DNA of 31,626 nucleotides from Vitrella brassicaformis CCMP3155. Its lineage: Eukaryota > Protista > Chromerida. Position 1 is the stretch's first letter, and every line of letters begins with the position of its first letter. Where the stretch lies: positions 1 through 31,626 of the forward strand of contig CDMY01000679.1 in assembly GCA_001179505.1 (NCBI GenBank), given 5' to 3'. The notes beneath the pieces were generated by a model. It did no database searches, was not told the origin of the DNA, and saw only the letters and a program-made list of their open reading frames with translations. The position numbers and the translations under genes are program-made. This document shows positions 1 to 11,506 of this stretch, piece by piece.

Positions 1-685
1 CTGTGGGCTGGCGTGGTGTATCCCGTTCATGATGGCCTGCCGTGACTGACGAGTGTCTGGGCTGGAGGGGGTGCGGTGCGTGTGTGTATGTGTGTGTACA
101 GTATGTGTGTGTATTTTTCTGTCCCCCCGACTGACTGACTGTGGCTGGCATGGATACTCACGGTGGATCGATGGATGGATGGATTTTTCTCGAGTATGTA
201 ATGGCGTCCAGGACACTGACTGTGTGCGGTTCTTTTCTATGGACCGACGGACGGCTGCTGACTGAGAGCCGGTCGGTCTGCACACACACACACACACACA
301 CGACACACATCTGGCTGCCCGCTTACCTGTCCAGTACCTGTGCATGCCGATTCACTTACCTGATCTCTCACTGATGACTGACTTGCAGAGAGACAGACAG
401 ACAACACTCACTCACTGACCGCCACCGACCATCATACACACACAGGGACGGCCAGTGCTTTGTGGTGTTTTCTGCGGCCGTCCGCCGCACTCACTCACTC
501 GGTGCGTACCACCTGCTCATAGGCAGGCGTGTGTCCCTCCCGCACTCTCTGTGTGCACACAGACTGTGCGCTTGTCGGCCCTTTGCCACCGTCAGGTTTC
601 GTTTTTGGCCCGCCGAGCAGCTGCAGATGGGTGGTTCCGCGATGACCACCCATCCCTCCCTCCCTCCTTCCCTCCCTCCACTCCA

Positions 686-709
686 CTGCACTGCACTGCA
701 CTGCACTGC
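686..709. repeat. (CTGCA)n pentanucleotide microsatellite, about 5 units
   Basis: Read directly: ctgca x4 plus ctgc, following a (TCCC)n-like tract. Confidence 0.9.
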
Positions 710-1226
710 CCGTAGGTGTAAGTGTACAGTCAGTCATTCGCTCATGCGGTCCGCTGGCTGACAGTGAGTCGAGTCGGGCGATGGGGCCCAGCGGATGGAT
801 ACGGACGGCTGTGCCTGCATGCCTGCCCGCTGTCAACACGTGTGGGACTTCGCATGGCAATTGCAAGCAGACGGGCAGACAGGCAGGCAGGCAGGGGATA
901 CTAGCACTATGTCAGGTGTCCCCACACAAATTGCACTCTCACATCAGTGTGTGGTCGCTGGATGGCTCGGCCTGTCATCTGCTAGGTGTATGTGTACGTC
1001 TGTTCTCTGCATGTGTGTGTTTGCGGTGTGGTGATATTTCTCTGTGTCTGTCGACACGGCTCAGTGATCATCTGCTGGCAATGTCAGCCATTGCGAGTGT
1101 CCATCGACGCTCCCACGTCCCTTGTGCAGAGCCGAGAAGACAGCCAGCCATCCGCTTTGCCCTGTCCGTGTGAATGTGGGCATGGGGTTGTATGGCCACG
1201 CATTCAGTCAGTCTGTTTTGTCTATA

Positions 1227-1269
1227 TGTCTGTCTGTCTGTCTCTTTGTCTGTTTGTCTGTTTGTCTGT

Positions 1270-1300
<31 letters not shown>
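1227..1300. repeat. Degenerate (TGTC/TGTT)n microsatellite
   Basis: Read directly. It ends exactly where homology to the aminotransferase gene begins (1301). Confidence 0.9.
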
Positions 1301-1301
<1 letters not shown>

Positions 1302-1672
1302 GTCAAGCCAGTGCACACCCTGCTGCTGCCCGAGGAGGACCCGCCGTCACACATCGACTTCGACAAAATGAGCGGGGGATGGGGGCTGCTCGAGCTTGTC
1401 GCCATGAAGGTCAGCACGGCAGCTGGGCAATGTCAGCAGAGGGTGCCTTCATTCGAGCATCTGTGTATGTGTCTGGTTGTAGGTGAGGGCTGCTGCAGAG
1501 GAGCAATCGACGGAATTAGTGGGGTGGAATGGCGGCGGCGAGGACGTGCTACCGTCAGGATAATATGAGGGTGTGCATGGGCAGCTTGGTTGGCAGTTAG
1601 ATCCGGTGTTTTGTGTGATTTGGGATTTATGATTCCGTTGCGGTCTATCGCTCGTAAAGTGGATGTGGACCT
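1301..1672 (+). pseudogene. 5'-truncated duplicate of the last two exons, last intron and 3' flank of the class IV aminotransferase gene at 21592-23283
   Basis: 1301-1557 is near-identical to the reverse complement of 21595-21854 (VKPVHTLLLPEEDPPSHIDFDKMS...MK | intron | VRAAAEEQST.LVGWNGGGEDV). Stop is TAA 1561-1563. Weaker similarity continues to about 1672 vs about 21510 (shared gattccgttgcggt and gtggacc). No upstream exons seen. Confidence 0.85.
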
Positions 1673-4272
1673 GTCCGTTTCATTCAAATATCTCGTCAGG
1701 TCACCACAAGCCGTCATTCATTCATTCATTCATCCATGCAGTGTCGATTGGCGAATGGCCACCGTCATTGACTCCACTCAGACCGATGCTGTCCGACACA
1801 TGAAAGCCGTACAGATGTACCATACTCCAGCATTACTCGTCATCACATCACCCACCCCACTCACTAGAGCGACCACAAGTGGACCTCAACATCTCACTAA
1901 CGCATCAAACGCTGCACAAAAAGGGAGCCACGAACTACTGATTGGCTGAAAAGGCGGGTCCTCATCACTCACTCGGCAAAGGCAGCGGCCGCTCTGTGTG
2001 GGCGGCGTCAGCCGACACAGAGTGCACTGGACGCCGCCCACACAGAGTGCACTGCCATTCGCACCGGCGCATCCGGCCGGATGAGAGAAGCATAAATGAA
2101 CAGCGCACTTTTCTCGACAGCCACCAATCCACACACGCCTCTACACACCCTCAGCAATGCACTCCGCACCCTCGGCCATACTTGGACGCATTCTCCGCTT
2201 GCAGCTGGTGACCGCTCATGCGCTCTCTTGTCGTCCTGGACCAGGAAGGCGTGAAATAAGAGAGGCAGGCCGTGCCACCCATCAACCCATCAATCAATCC
2301 TCTCCCGCATTGATTGCCCTGGTCGACGCAGCCAGCACTCATCTCATACAAACCATCAGCCTGCAACTACAACAGTGAGTGCAGTGCTGTCGATTGGGGT
2401 GAGTGGTGTGTGTGTGGATGAGAAGACCGCCCGTACCTCTGCTCTGGCAGTCTTCTCACGTCGATATGCCATCCTGTGTTGCCTCTCTGCCTGCTGCCTG
2501 CCACTGAGCGGCGTCGATGGACGCAAACACACCTGCAGAGAGCCACCTGCAGCAGCCGCCCCAGACCATCCAGACACGCAGAGCAGCATATGGTCATTGA
2601 TCCTTGCCCCCCTCTCCCTTATTTGCCTTCCCTCACCTCATCAGAGCCCCTCCAGCCGCTCTCGCCGCCCCAGCAGGCTCCAACGAGGCCGCGGCAGCTC
2701 GCAGTGGCGATCAGAAGTGCCCATTTACGGTACAAAGGCCGGTCTTCGTTAGAGGGTCGCCCCAAGCCCCCCACTGACCCCCAGAGGCGAGAAAGGCAGC
2801 GCCCGAGTGAGGAAATCGATCGGTCGTTCCGGGGGGCCGCAGTTGAGCACGATTCCACTTCATGTCACCGTAGTCGACTGCACGAACCTCCCCATAGCTT
2901 CCAAAATGCCAAAATCACCCAACTCAGCAACAAAGCTCGCTCGCTAAGCTCGCAGTGCTACGTTGAGACTTTCTCCTCTCCGTTCGATGTGTTCAGGCAC
3001 CATGAAGGACAGAGAACACTGCAGAGTGCGAAGCAAATTGCCATTGACCATTCCGATGGCTCTCTGCTGGAGAGCCCCACCACGGCCTTTGCCTCTCTCC
3101 AGAGGGTGTTCCCTGCAGCCTTATGGTCTCTACGGCTGCTGTCTGCAGCCTCCTGAGGCGCACTTTCAGAGGAGGTACGGACTGACGAGCATTGGAGTGA
3201 TGTGTGTGGCGTGACTAGGAGGGAAACACTGACACACTCTCCTCTCTCCGCTGCGCCGTATGGCTGCAGATTCCTCGCTCAGGGTGCGCCCCCGCTGCTG
3301 CAGACGGGCGCCCTCGACCACCTGAGCCTACCGTGGCCTCCTGGCCTCCAAATTTGGCCATTTGAGGTGGTCCTTTCGGCGGCACGGCCAAGGCCACAGG
3401 GGCCCGCTCCAAAAGAGCTTCAAAGACACAACTGAATCTTCTGTAGGCCTTGCAGAGCGAGTGTAGAGGCCACTACGGTCACACCGGCTGCCTCAGAAGC
3501 CCGCACTAGCTGAGCTGCCCTCTGCAGCGCCATGTCCTATGTGTTTGATCCCTCGATGGGACGTTGCTGCTTTCCGCAGTGATTGTGTCCTTCACCATGT
3601 TGTGTGCTGCAGGCGAAGGCCTCGCGCGATTTGACAATGGTGTCTTTGGTGGAGGGAAAGGAGGATCGAGAAACCTTAGCTAAGCTCGCAGACACCCCTC
3701 CCCCTCAAAAGATCCCTTCCCTTTTCCTCTCGTGTGTTGTGTTGATCTGTCCTGGTGCAGTCGGCTGGTTACCCCGTGGGCCACCTGTGCCGCGTTGGGC
3801 ACCTTTGGACGCCTCATGGCGCCGCGTGACTCCCTCCCCACGTCGCAGGCCTCCCTGATATTTATGAGAGGCCACCCGTCTTGTGAGGTCGGCATATATC
3901 GCCTGGGGGGTGAGCAGCACGAGGACATCAGCAGCTTCGGCACAAAGCTGTTGGCGCTGGAGGGCCACCTGACGGCGACACGCTCACACTCGAGCAGACG
4001 ACTGACCATCGTTCTCGAGTATGACGACCTCATGAAGCACATCAACATCTTGCGGCCCATGCTGCTCGGCCGCGCCCACAACACGGGCGTGCTGCTCAGC
4101 GGCAAAACGACAGAGGAGCTGGTGCAACAGGCCACCCGGCTGTACGAAGCGCTCCGTGTGCGGACCGTGGTGGTGCCGTGGCAGCAGCTGAGCCGTGCCG
4201 AGGCCCTCGAGACTTCCATCGAGGAACAGGCGAAGGTGACAGTGCGTGTGGGCATGTTGCTCGAGCCTGGCG

Positions 4273-4343
4273 AGATCTCCAAGGTGCCGCGCATCCCAGG
4301 CCCGAAGAAGATCTCCAAGGTGCCGCGCATCCCAGGCCCGAAG
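4273..4343 (+). repeat. Perfect in-frame 36-bp-period tandem duplication (ISKVPRIPGPK x2)
   Basis: agatctccaaggtgccgcgcatcccaggcccgaag at 4273-4307 and 4309-4343. Confidence 0.95.
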
Positions 4344-7300
4344 CAGCCGGACCGGCCGGCCGACATCGGCCGATTCGCCAGCTTTGTCGTGATTGATGGG
4401 CGGGCGAAGGGTGCTGCCGGCAGCAAGGGAGGGGATGGGGGGAGCGAGGGGCCGTCAGCCGTCTTGGAGACGGTCAGCACACAAGAGTCCGACGAGTACT
4501 CTCGCCTAGCCCCGCCCCTGCCTGTGTGGCGGCTGATGCCGATGCACCTGTAAGGAAGAGGAACGAGACGCGCACCCCCACGCATCCATCAGTGTGACGT
4601 GTCGGTTGTGTGTTGCCTTGGCAGCAAGTCGGACGTCTTCGGCATTGCGTGTTTCGACACCCAGTACGGCCACGGGTTAGCTGGCCTCTGCATGAGCGCA
4701 ACGGCCCCCATCCTCGACCAGGCCATCCACGGTGAGACCACACACAACACTCACTCCCTCCCTCCCTCCACACCAACACACTCCAACACACGCAAACATG
4801 ACGATTTCGTTTGTATCTGTGTGGTGTCAGGCTTCGGTCCTGTCGACCTGCCGACCTTCCCCCTCCCCCGCCCCCTCACCGACACCAGCACCAGCACCAT
4901 CAGCAACCCGACCAGCAGCCTCTATCCCCCGCCCCCACACCTAGGCTGGAGCCTCACTGACCCCGTCAGAAAAGCTCGTCATGCCCTCTCAGCCATGTGT
5001 GCCTTTGCGGCCCATCGAGTGGCGGGCGAGCGGTCGCTGGACGAACTCATCACGCCAGAACTCCTCGATGAGCTGCACCGCTACATGACTCAACAGGTGG
5101 CTCGGCGGCTGACGAGATTCCCCAACGACAAGGACAAACTCTTCGACAGAGGTGAGCCTACACAACACACCAACAAATCGCCCATCGTCTCTCCATCACT
5201 CTGTCTGTCTGTCTGTGTCTGTAGTACTTGATGCTGGCGCGGCAATTTTGTTTGAGGAGGTGACGCACGGGCCCGGGAGAGAGCTGACACTCACGATGAG
5301 CCACATCAAGAGCAGCGTCGCCGTCACCGACGCCGAGCTCAACAGGTGGTCCCTTCTTCCTGCCATCAGCCGGCTGAGGTGGGGCGGCATCAGCGGCGAT
5401 CGCATCCTCTTGCAGACCGTCTGTGTCGGCCTGCCCGCTTTCGCCAAGACGCTCTTCGAGAAGCTGGAGGTCCATATGCACGCCGACGTGCCGACCAAGG
5501 GCACCATCCACACTGGTTGGCCGATTTCGGAGGAGGACATCCTGGGGCTGTTGGGCAACTCAACATCACGCCGAGGTGACCACCACACACCACACACCAC
5601 ACACCAAAACACCCGTGTGCGATTCCATTTGTGTTGTGTGTCAGATGCAGAGCAGACGACGGGCCGCTCTCCGGACCCCGCTACCCACACAGCCTGCGCG
5701 GTCCCCCCGAGCGGTGACGCCGACAGGAGTCCAAGACGGTCAGGTGAGAGGGACGGGTGCACGCACTCACGGGTGCAAGTGTCCTGCATCTCGCATGCGG
5801 CCTCTGCCTTGTCAGCCCCTGCTTCCATCCACACTACGACCACCGCCACTGAGGGGAGCGAGCCAGGTGAGAGGCGGCACGTCGCTGCACGAGTGCTGTC
5901 ATGTTGTCTTGTTCATTCGATGGATGTGTGCCGTCAGGTACTGCTGGCTTGTTGGACAGCTCGGCTTTGTCGTCAGTCGTCCCCTCTGACCCCCACCCCC
6001 ACACAGACACCACCACCAGCATCAGCGGCGTGGCGGCGGCCGACCCCTTCTCCCTCTTCGTCCCCTTACCCACCCACACAATCGACATCGATCCCAGGAT
6101 CATTTACCTCATCGACCTCTCGGCCGAGGACGAGATCGGCCAGATGGCGGGGCCGTGCAAGTGGTCGCGAGAGACGACTGCCAAGGTCAAGGACAACATC
6201 GCTGTGCGGCGATCTGGGCTCAAGATGCTGGTCAGCCGCGACAAGATGAGCTTCAGCGGCCCTGCGGGTGCCCGGGAGCCGGGCGCACACGGCATGGTCT
6301 ACCTCCACGACCAGGGTGTGCTGTTCGCATTTTCCGCCACCAAGGGCGGCGTCAACTCCAGGGGGCGCAAGGAGAAGCGCACCACCATCCAGGGCATTTC
6401 GCGAGAGCTCGAGAATCAAACGCGTAAGTAAGCTTAGGAGAGAGAGGCAGATGGACCCACACGGAAGATATGTATGCAATGACGACACAGTTCTCTTACT
6501 TGTCCATTCATTCCTCCGCAGGGCTTGAGGAATTCCTCAGGCATAAGTGGGACACTTTGGAGGCGACTACTGGCCGCAAGGCCTCGATCGCCGCCCCCCA
6601 ACAGCAGCAGCAACAGCAGCAGCAACAGTACAGCCCCAGCGGCTTCCTGCGGGTGTCTATCGATAGGCAAACCAACAGCATCCGCATAGGGGCCGACTTC
6701 GACACCCCTTCCCAGCCGCCCGTCCAGATGGCGCTGTCGTACAATGCGGCAAAGCCCTTCATCAGGGCGAAACCTGACGGCTTCGAGAGCGACTCCTACA
6801 GGGTGCGTGTGGTGGACCAGGGCAAGACCCTGGCTGAGGCGGACGGCCTTGGGGGCTCGAGGACGTCAACAAACGGCGTGTCGGCATCATCCGGGGGGGC
6901 GACTATTTCGGCCCCGCCTTGCTTTCACGTGTGACGGCGCACGGCTGGCAGGGGGTGCTCGAGATTCGCCTGGCCAACCCCAACACAGCCAGTGCATCCG
7001 TGACATCTGCGCCAGCCCCTTCGTCGAGTTGCCTGGCCACTCCGGGAGACGACGAGAAGTTCCAGGTGATCCGGTAAGCAAGGGTGGCAAAGGGCCGAGG
7101 AGAGGCACAAGAGGGGGATGCACAGTATACGCTGTGTGTCTGTCTGTCTGTCTGTCTGTAGCCGTATTTCTGAGGTGGTGACGACGCTGAAGGAGGCAGG
7201 AGTGCAATGCCGGCAACCTACTGTGCGCAAAGAGTGGTAAGGAGGTCTTGCTAGCCTTGGCGCACCGACAATGCCCTACCCGTTGATCGGTAGCCATCCG

Positions 7301-7547
7301 TGTGTCGTTCATCTCTCTGTCCTTGGGTGCTTGTGCGCGGTGCATCAGGTTGAAGACGAGGACAGCGGTCAGCCAGCTGCACGGATTCATCGACAGACTC
7401 GAGGGTGAAGCCGCCCAGTACAGACTTCGCCGCGGCGCTGAGGCCCTCACGGCCTGCGCCAGGAGATTCGCCGCAGACGTCGGGACGGTGCTGCGACGTG
7501 AGACGCACAGGCAGACCACCACAGCCACGGCACCCCTACCGGTCCCC

Positions 7548-7700
7548 TCCCCCGCCCCCGCCCCCGCGCCCAGCGCAGCCTCTGCCGACGTGCCGCAGTC
7601 GTCCTCCTCCCCCACACCCACACCCACATCCGCACCCGCACCCACATCCGCACCCGCCCCCACACCCGCACCCGCACCCGCACCCACATCCGCAGCCAAG
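7548..7700 (+). repeat. Coding Pro/Thr/Ala-rich low-complexity repeat (cccgca/cccaca hexamers)
   Basis: Encodes PAPAPAPS...PTPTPTSAPAPTSAPAPTPAPAPAPTS at the C-terminus of the 2517-7733 gene. Confidence 0.9.
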
Positions 7701-10346
7701 CCCAATCCCAGGGGCAAGAAGCCCATCAAGTGATTTGACGGCTACAGTGGTAACGTAGATGCGTACGTGGGCGGGTGAGCAAACGGGTGGTACGTGGGGC
7801 TGTGGTGGGAGCTGCTGTGTCGGCGGTCGGTCGACCGTCTTCTTTCTTTCTCTGTCTGTCTGTGTGTGGTGGGTGAGCAAGAGCACCTGACGCACACACA
7901 CACACACTCATATGGAAGACCACAGAGGAGTGCCGTCTGTTTGGGCGTTTTGCCATGAGCGTGTGGGTGCTGGTGGCATGCAGATGGACGGGCCGTGGGG
8001 CCACACACACAAAGAGCCCCTGTTCCGCTGTTTTGGCGTTTTGCGTACTGAAGGGGACGGCTGATTTGACGGGATGGGGCGGGAGAGGTCGGTACGGTGC
8101 CTGTGCGGAGGGCAACGGGTTCACATCTGCTGGCTGGGAGGGCTGTGGCCGAGCAGTCCGTCTACTGTACGTGTGGATTGTGTCTATGCGTGCGTTGAGC
8201 TGCCTGCCTGCCTGCCTCATTCACTCACTCACTCACTCATTGCTGGAGCTGGGGGTATGGCTGCCGACGATGTCGCTTGCATGATACTCATGTGTGCATC
8301 ATGCCTGCGGCCCTCCCTCCCTACGTGTCTGCCAGTCGCTCGACACCTGGTGGACATGGTGTGTGTTGTGCTGGCTTGACCACTCACTCACGGCGGAGCT
8401 ATGCTGCGGGGCGAATGGGGCGATGGGTGCGATGGGAGGGCAGCCACGGGGGGCTGTGCGTGGAAGTTAGTGATGGAGGGGTCAGGCGAGGCTGGTGGGT
8501 GGGTGAGCGGGGTTTGCTGTCCGTGGGGCTCAGTGGTGGGTCGGAAGGTGTGCACTGACTGACATGCCGGTGCGATCGGCCTGCTGTGTGTGTCACGGTG
8601 TGCGCGTGAGAGAGAGTGTTACACTACGGGCTGCTGCTTTTCGAAACGTTTTAAGTGTTACTTACTTACAGTATGCGCGCAGAGAGCGACACACGGCCGA
8701 CCCGAGCCGACTTGACGTGGACCTGCTGGGTGTGTCGTGTGTGCGTGGGTGCAAGTGTGTGTGGCCAGGCGAGTGCTGCTCGCTGTGTGTTTTGGTGCTG
8801 CCGCCTTTTCGCATTTGTGCAGTTCCCTGCTGATCGTGTGTGTATGGGTGTGAAGAATTCCTCCCCTTCTCCGCTCAGCTTGTCGATCTATCAGCTCTAA
8901 GACTTATGCCCTTTATCCATTCTCCTTTTGCCTTTCCTCTGTTTGCCCATTTCATGATCAAAACGGTCAAGTCGCTCTGTGCGTCTATGCCTACCTGCCT
9001 ACCTGCCTCACTCACTCCCTCACTCATTCACTCACTGCGTATCATGCCTGTGGCCATGAGGGCAGAGAGGCAGCCGACCGACCGACCGATGCGCCCACAG
9101 TCATGGTGTTTGCATGGGTCCACCCGTCGGGACTGCATATCTCTCTACCTATACAAGTAGCACTGACTCTCACCCAAGGAAGTGGGAGGGAATTTGCGTT
9201 TTGCCCGCCCCATTGCCTTTTTGTGCAATCCAGGCCGACAGCAGCCATGACCACTTGATGTGATTTGATCTCCTTCATTGCCCATCACTTGCTCCGATTG
9301 CCTGCCTGCATCGTTCGTGTGCGTGTGCCGACCTGTTGAATTCAGGACTCTGTCTGTCTGTCTGTCTGCCTTGCCTGTTTTGTGTCGACACGTGCCTGCG
9401 GCCCTCAAGTCTCGCTTCGTTTATGTGCGTCTGTCGGTGGTGCGTTGATGAAGGCAGCGGGCTGAGAGGTGACTCTCACACCCGCGTGCCTTTGTCGACA
9501 CATCACCACAAACCTGATGCCCCGGTGCCTCCGTGTGTCCATACGTGTGTGTTGGACATATATTCCAGGCCTATATGTCCAGTATGTTCATGTGTGTGGA
9601 TGTGATGTGATGGCAGTGAGGCGCTCCGTCAGCACGGCTGGCTGGATGCGATTGAGTTTGTTGATACATGTATGAATGAATGGGGTGCATGCAAAGCACG
9701 TCGTCCCCCTCTCCCCCCTTCTATCTACGCTGCCTTTGTCTTCTCAATGTACGTACTCTCTGTCTATGTGCCCCTTGATTGGTCGTGCGTCGGTGGTTGG
9801 GCATGTGCGTGAGAGCTGTGCACAGCCCCCCACCCCACCAGCCATCCATCGACGCACCAACCAATATTCAACAGATGTCCACTTGCCTTTTATCCAGTGA
9901 GATTATTTTCAATTGAGACGATGGCCGACTGTGTTGTGCATGTGTCTGTCGGTGTGCAGCGGTATTCCTTCCGACTGATGGGTGCACACAGATGTGTTCG
10001 CCCTCCTGGTTCGCAAGAGATGCGATGCACCGACAGACACACGCACGCTCAGATGGCCGATAAATATGTACATCAGACGATCCGAAACAAGTGAGAGAGA
10101 CCATATGCATATCGATGGACCGACATCATTCGATGCCAGCAGATGTCTCTCAGTCAAGAGCAGCCACGCACTCCCCCATCAAAACGCATCGATAAAGTGG
10201 ATGGCGGAGCACATTGTCACTGAGGCGTGTCGACAGACACAAAGACGTCTCTATGGTTACGCATTCTCTATAGTTGATGGACCTTGATGAATCGTTTATT
10301 GGCCAAACCAATCGGTCGACACTTGGCACAATTTCCCATTCAGCTA

Positions 10347-10499
10347 AGTCTGCATGCGCTCCATCAGCACACCAGCCGTCACCACAGCCGACTTCGCCCG
10401 GCAGGTGGCTCGCACACATACGAGCTCACGGACGAGGAGGGAGGGGATAATGCGCCTGCGCCACAGCTCATCGGGCACCAAATCAGAGATCGCCACTCG
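10347..10499 (-). pseudogene. F-box-like exon relic, not in the ORF track
   Basis: Minus frame reads RVAISDLVPDELWRRRIIPSLLVRELVCVRATCRAKSAVVTAGVLMERMQT, matching the F-box pattern L.dLPdEl...Il..L...dl..lr.vCr. Bounded in frame by TGA (10502-10500) and TAG (10346-10344). Exon-like pieces with splice signals continue upstream to about 11200. Confidence 0.55.
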
Positions 10500-11506
10500 T
10501 CAATCAGCACATGGCCACCGCCTGCCACACATGGCCACCACCGACCACCAAACACGCAGGCCACGTGCCTTGGAAGGGCGGCTGCTCTGCTCACTCAAAC
10601 GATATCAGACGCCCGTCAGCAGCAGGCAGGCGTGACGAGGGAACGAATGGCTCTGCAGACACACAGCACCACCACAGGCAGCACGTGTGTGTGAGGCAGC
10701 AGGGTGTGTGTGTCAATTGATCTGCGGTTTTGCCTCACACACCCTGTCGGTCAGCGCATTCCCGTGACTCACTCCCTGGCCACCCACAGGAGAAGCACTC
10801 ACTCTCAAAGCGATGATCTGCGGCTGGGACAGAACATGGCACAAGCACACAGAAACAGTGTGTACTGTCACCTTTGATGCCCTCCGCCCCTCCTGCCGGC
10901 CTTCTTGCACCTCAACGGGTCAGATCAGCGGCACTCACAGATGACGGCGACGCAGCTGAACTGATCGACACCATCTCGACACCAGCTGACACGCCACACA
11001 CACATCCGCCAAAGCCACGTTGTCATCAAAATGCGCCGAAGAGAATGTGCGAGCTCATGGTGAAGGCTTTTGCGCTCAGAAGGTGAGAGGGCTGACAATG
11101 CTTCACACAGCTGCTGCTGAAATGTGTGAGCAGATCTCAAGTGTGTGCGTCGCTCACCGGTCGGTGTCTTCCGCTGATTTGAGGTGCTGGTGGCCATCGA
11201 TTGGCGGCGGTCGGCGACTCACTCGTCATCGCATTGGCTGACATCGGGTGAGGCAAAGCGGCGTGTCAGTCAGTGTGGCGGATGTTGCATGAGGCTTTTG
11301 TGATTTGTGATCCGCTGCTGTGCGTGTGCAGAGTCGTTCATTCGTCACGCCTCTCTGCTTTGACGGGCTGGTTGCTGCTGTGACGGTGTCTGTCTGAGGT
11401 GAACAGAGCATCCCGCCCTCCCATGGCTCTCGTCTGGTTGACTGATTGCCATTCACTCGTTTGTGTGTCCTTCCTCTTTGGATTCATTCAGATCTCTCAC
11501 TCACCG

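Larger units (their letters stand above)
2517..7733 (+). pseudogene. Large multi-exon hypothetical protein gene (lineage-expanded family, unknown function) with frameshifts or stops; disrupted or 5'-decayed
   Basis: ATG 2517 (MDANTPAESH). Phase-consistent GT-AG introns include 2592-2644, 3175-3269, 4732-4830, 5152-5224, 5576-5644, 7074-7161 and the last intron ending 7348. High-GC3 exons (FGRLMAPRDS..., GFGPVDLPTF..., VLDAGAAILFEEV..., DPFSLFVPLPTHTIDIDPRIIYLIDLSAEDE..., GLEEFLRHKWDTL...). Ends ...KPNPRGKKPIK* at 7733. Lesions: frame switch before TGA 3154-3156, TGA 3433-3435, no clean donor near 3690, and a frame switch at the G5 run 6851-6855. Confidence 0.65.

Noticed and set aside
53-1486. 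ORF-track entries rich in CV/LSVC/TH repeats (e.g. 53-265, 986-1486, 1122-1568 upstream part)
   Set aside because: These are translations of (TG)n/(TGTC)n/(CA)n microsatellites. There is no coding-like codon bias outside the 1301-1563 duplicate.
2858-2893. C2-domain-like word LHVTVVDCTNLP in an alternative frame
   Set aside because: The frame is bounded by TAG 2750 and TAA 2945, no further C2 strands follow, and the upstream intron phase supports the other frame.
3680-7729. Long minus-strand ORFs 3680-4585, 5196-5849 and 6887-7729
   Set aside because: These are antisense shadows of GC3-rich plus-strand exons. Splice signals are all on the plus strand.
9170-9278. Exon-like minus-strand peptide EIKSHQVVMAAVGLDCTKRQWGG followed by a GT donor
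   Set aside because: It is isolated, with no recognisable family and no phase-consistent neighbouring exons.
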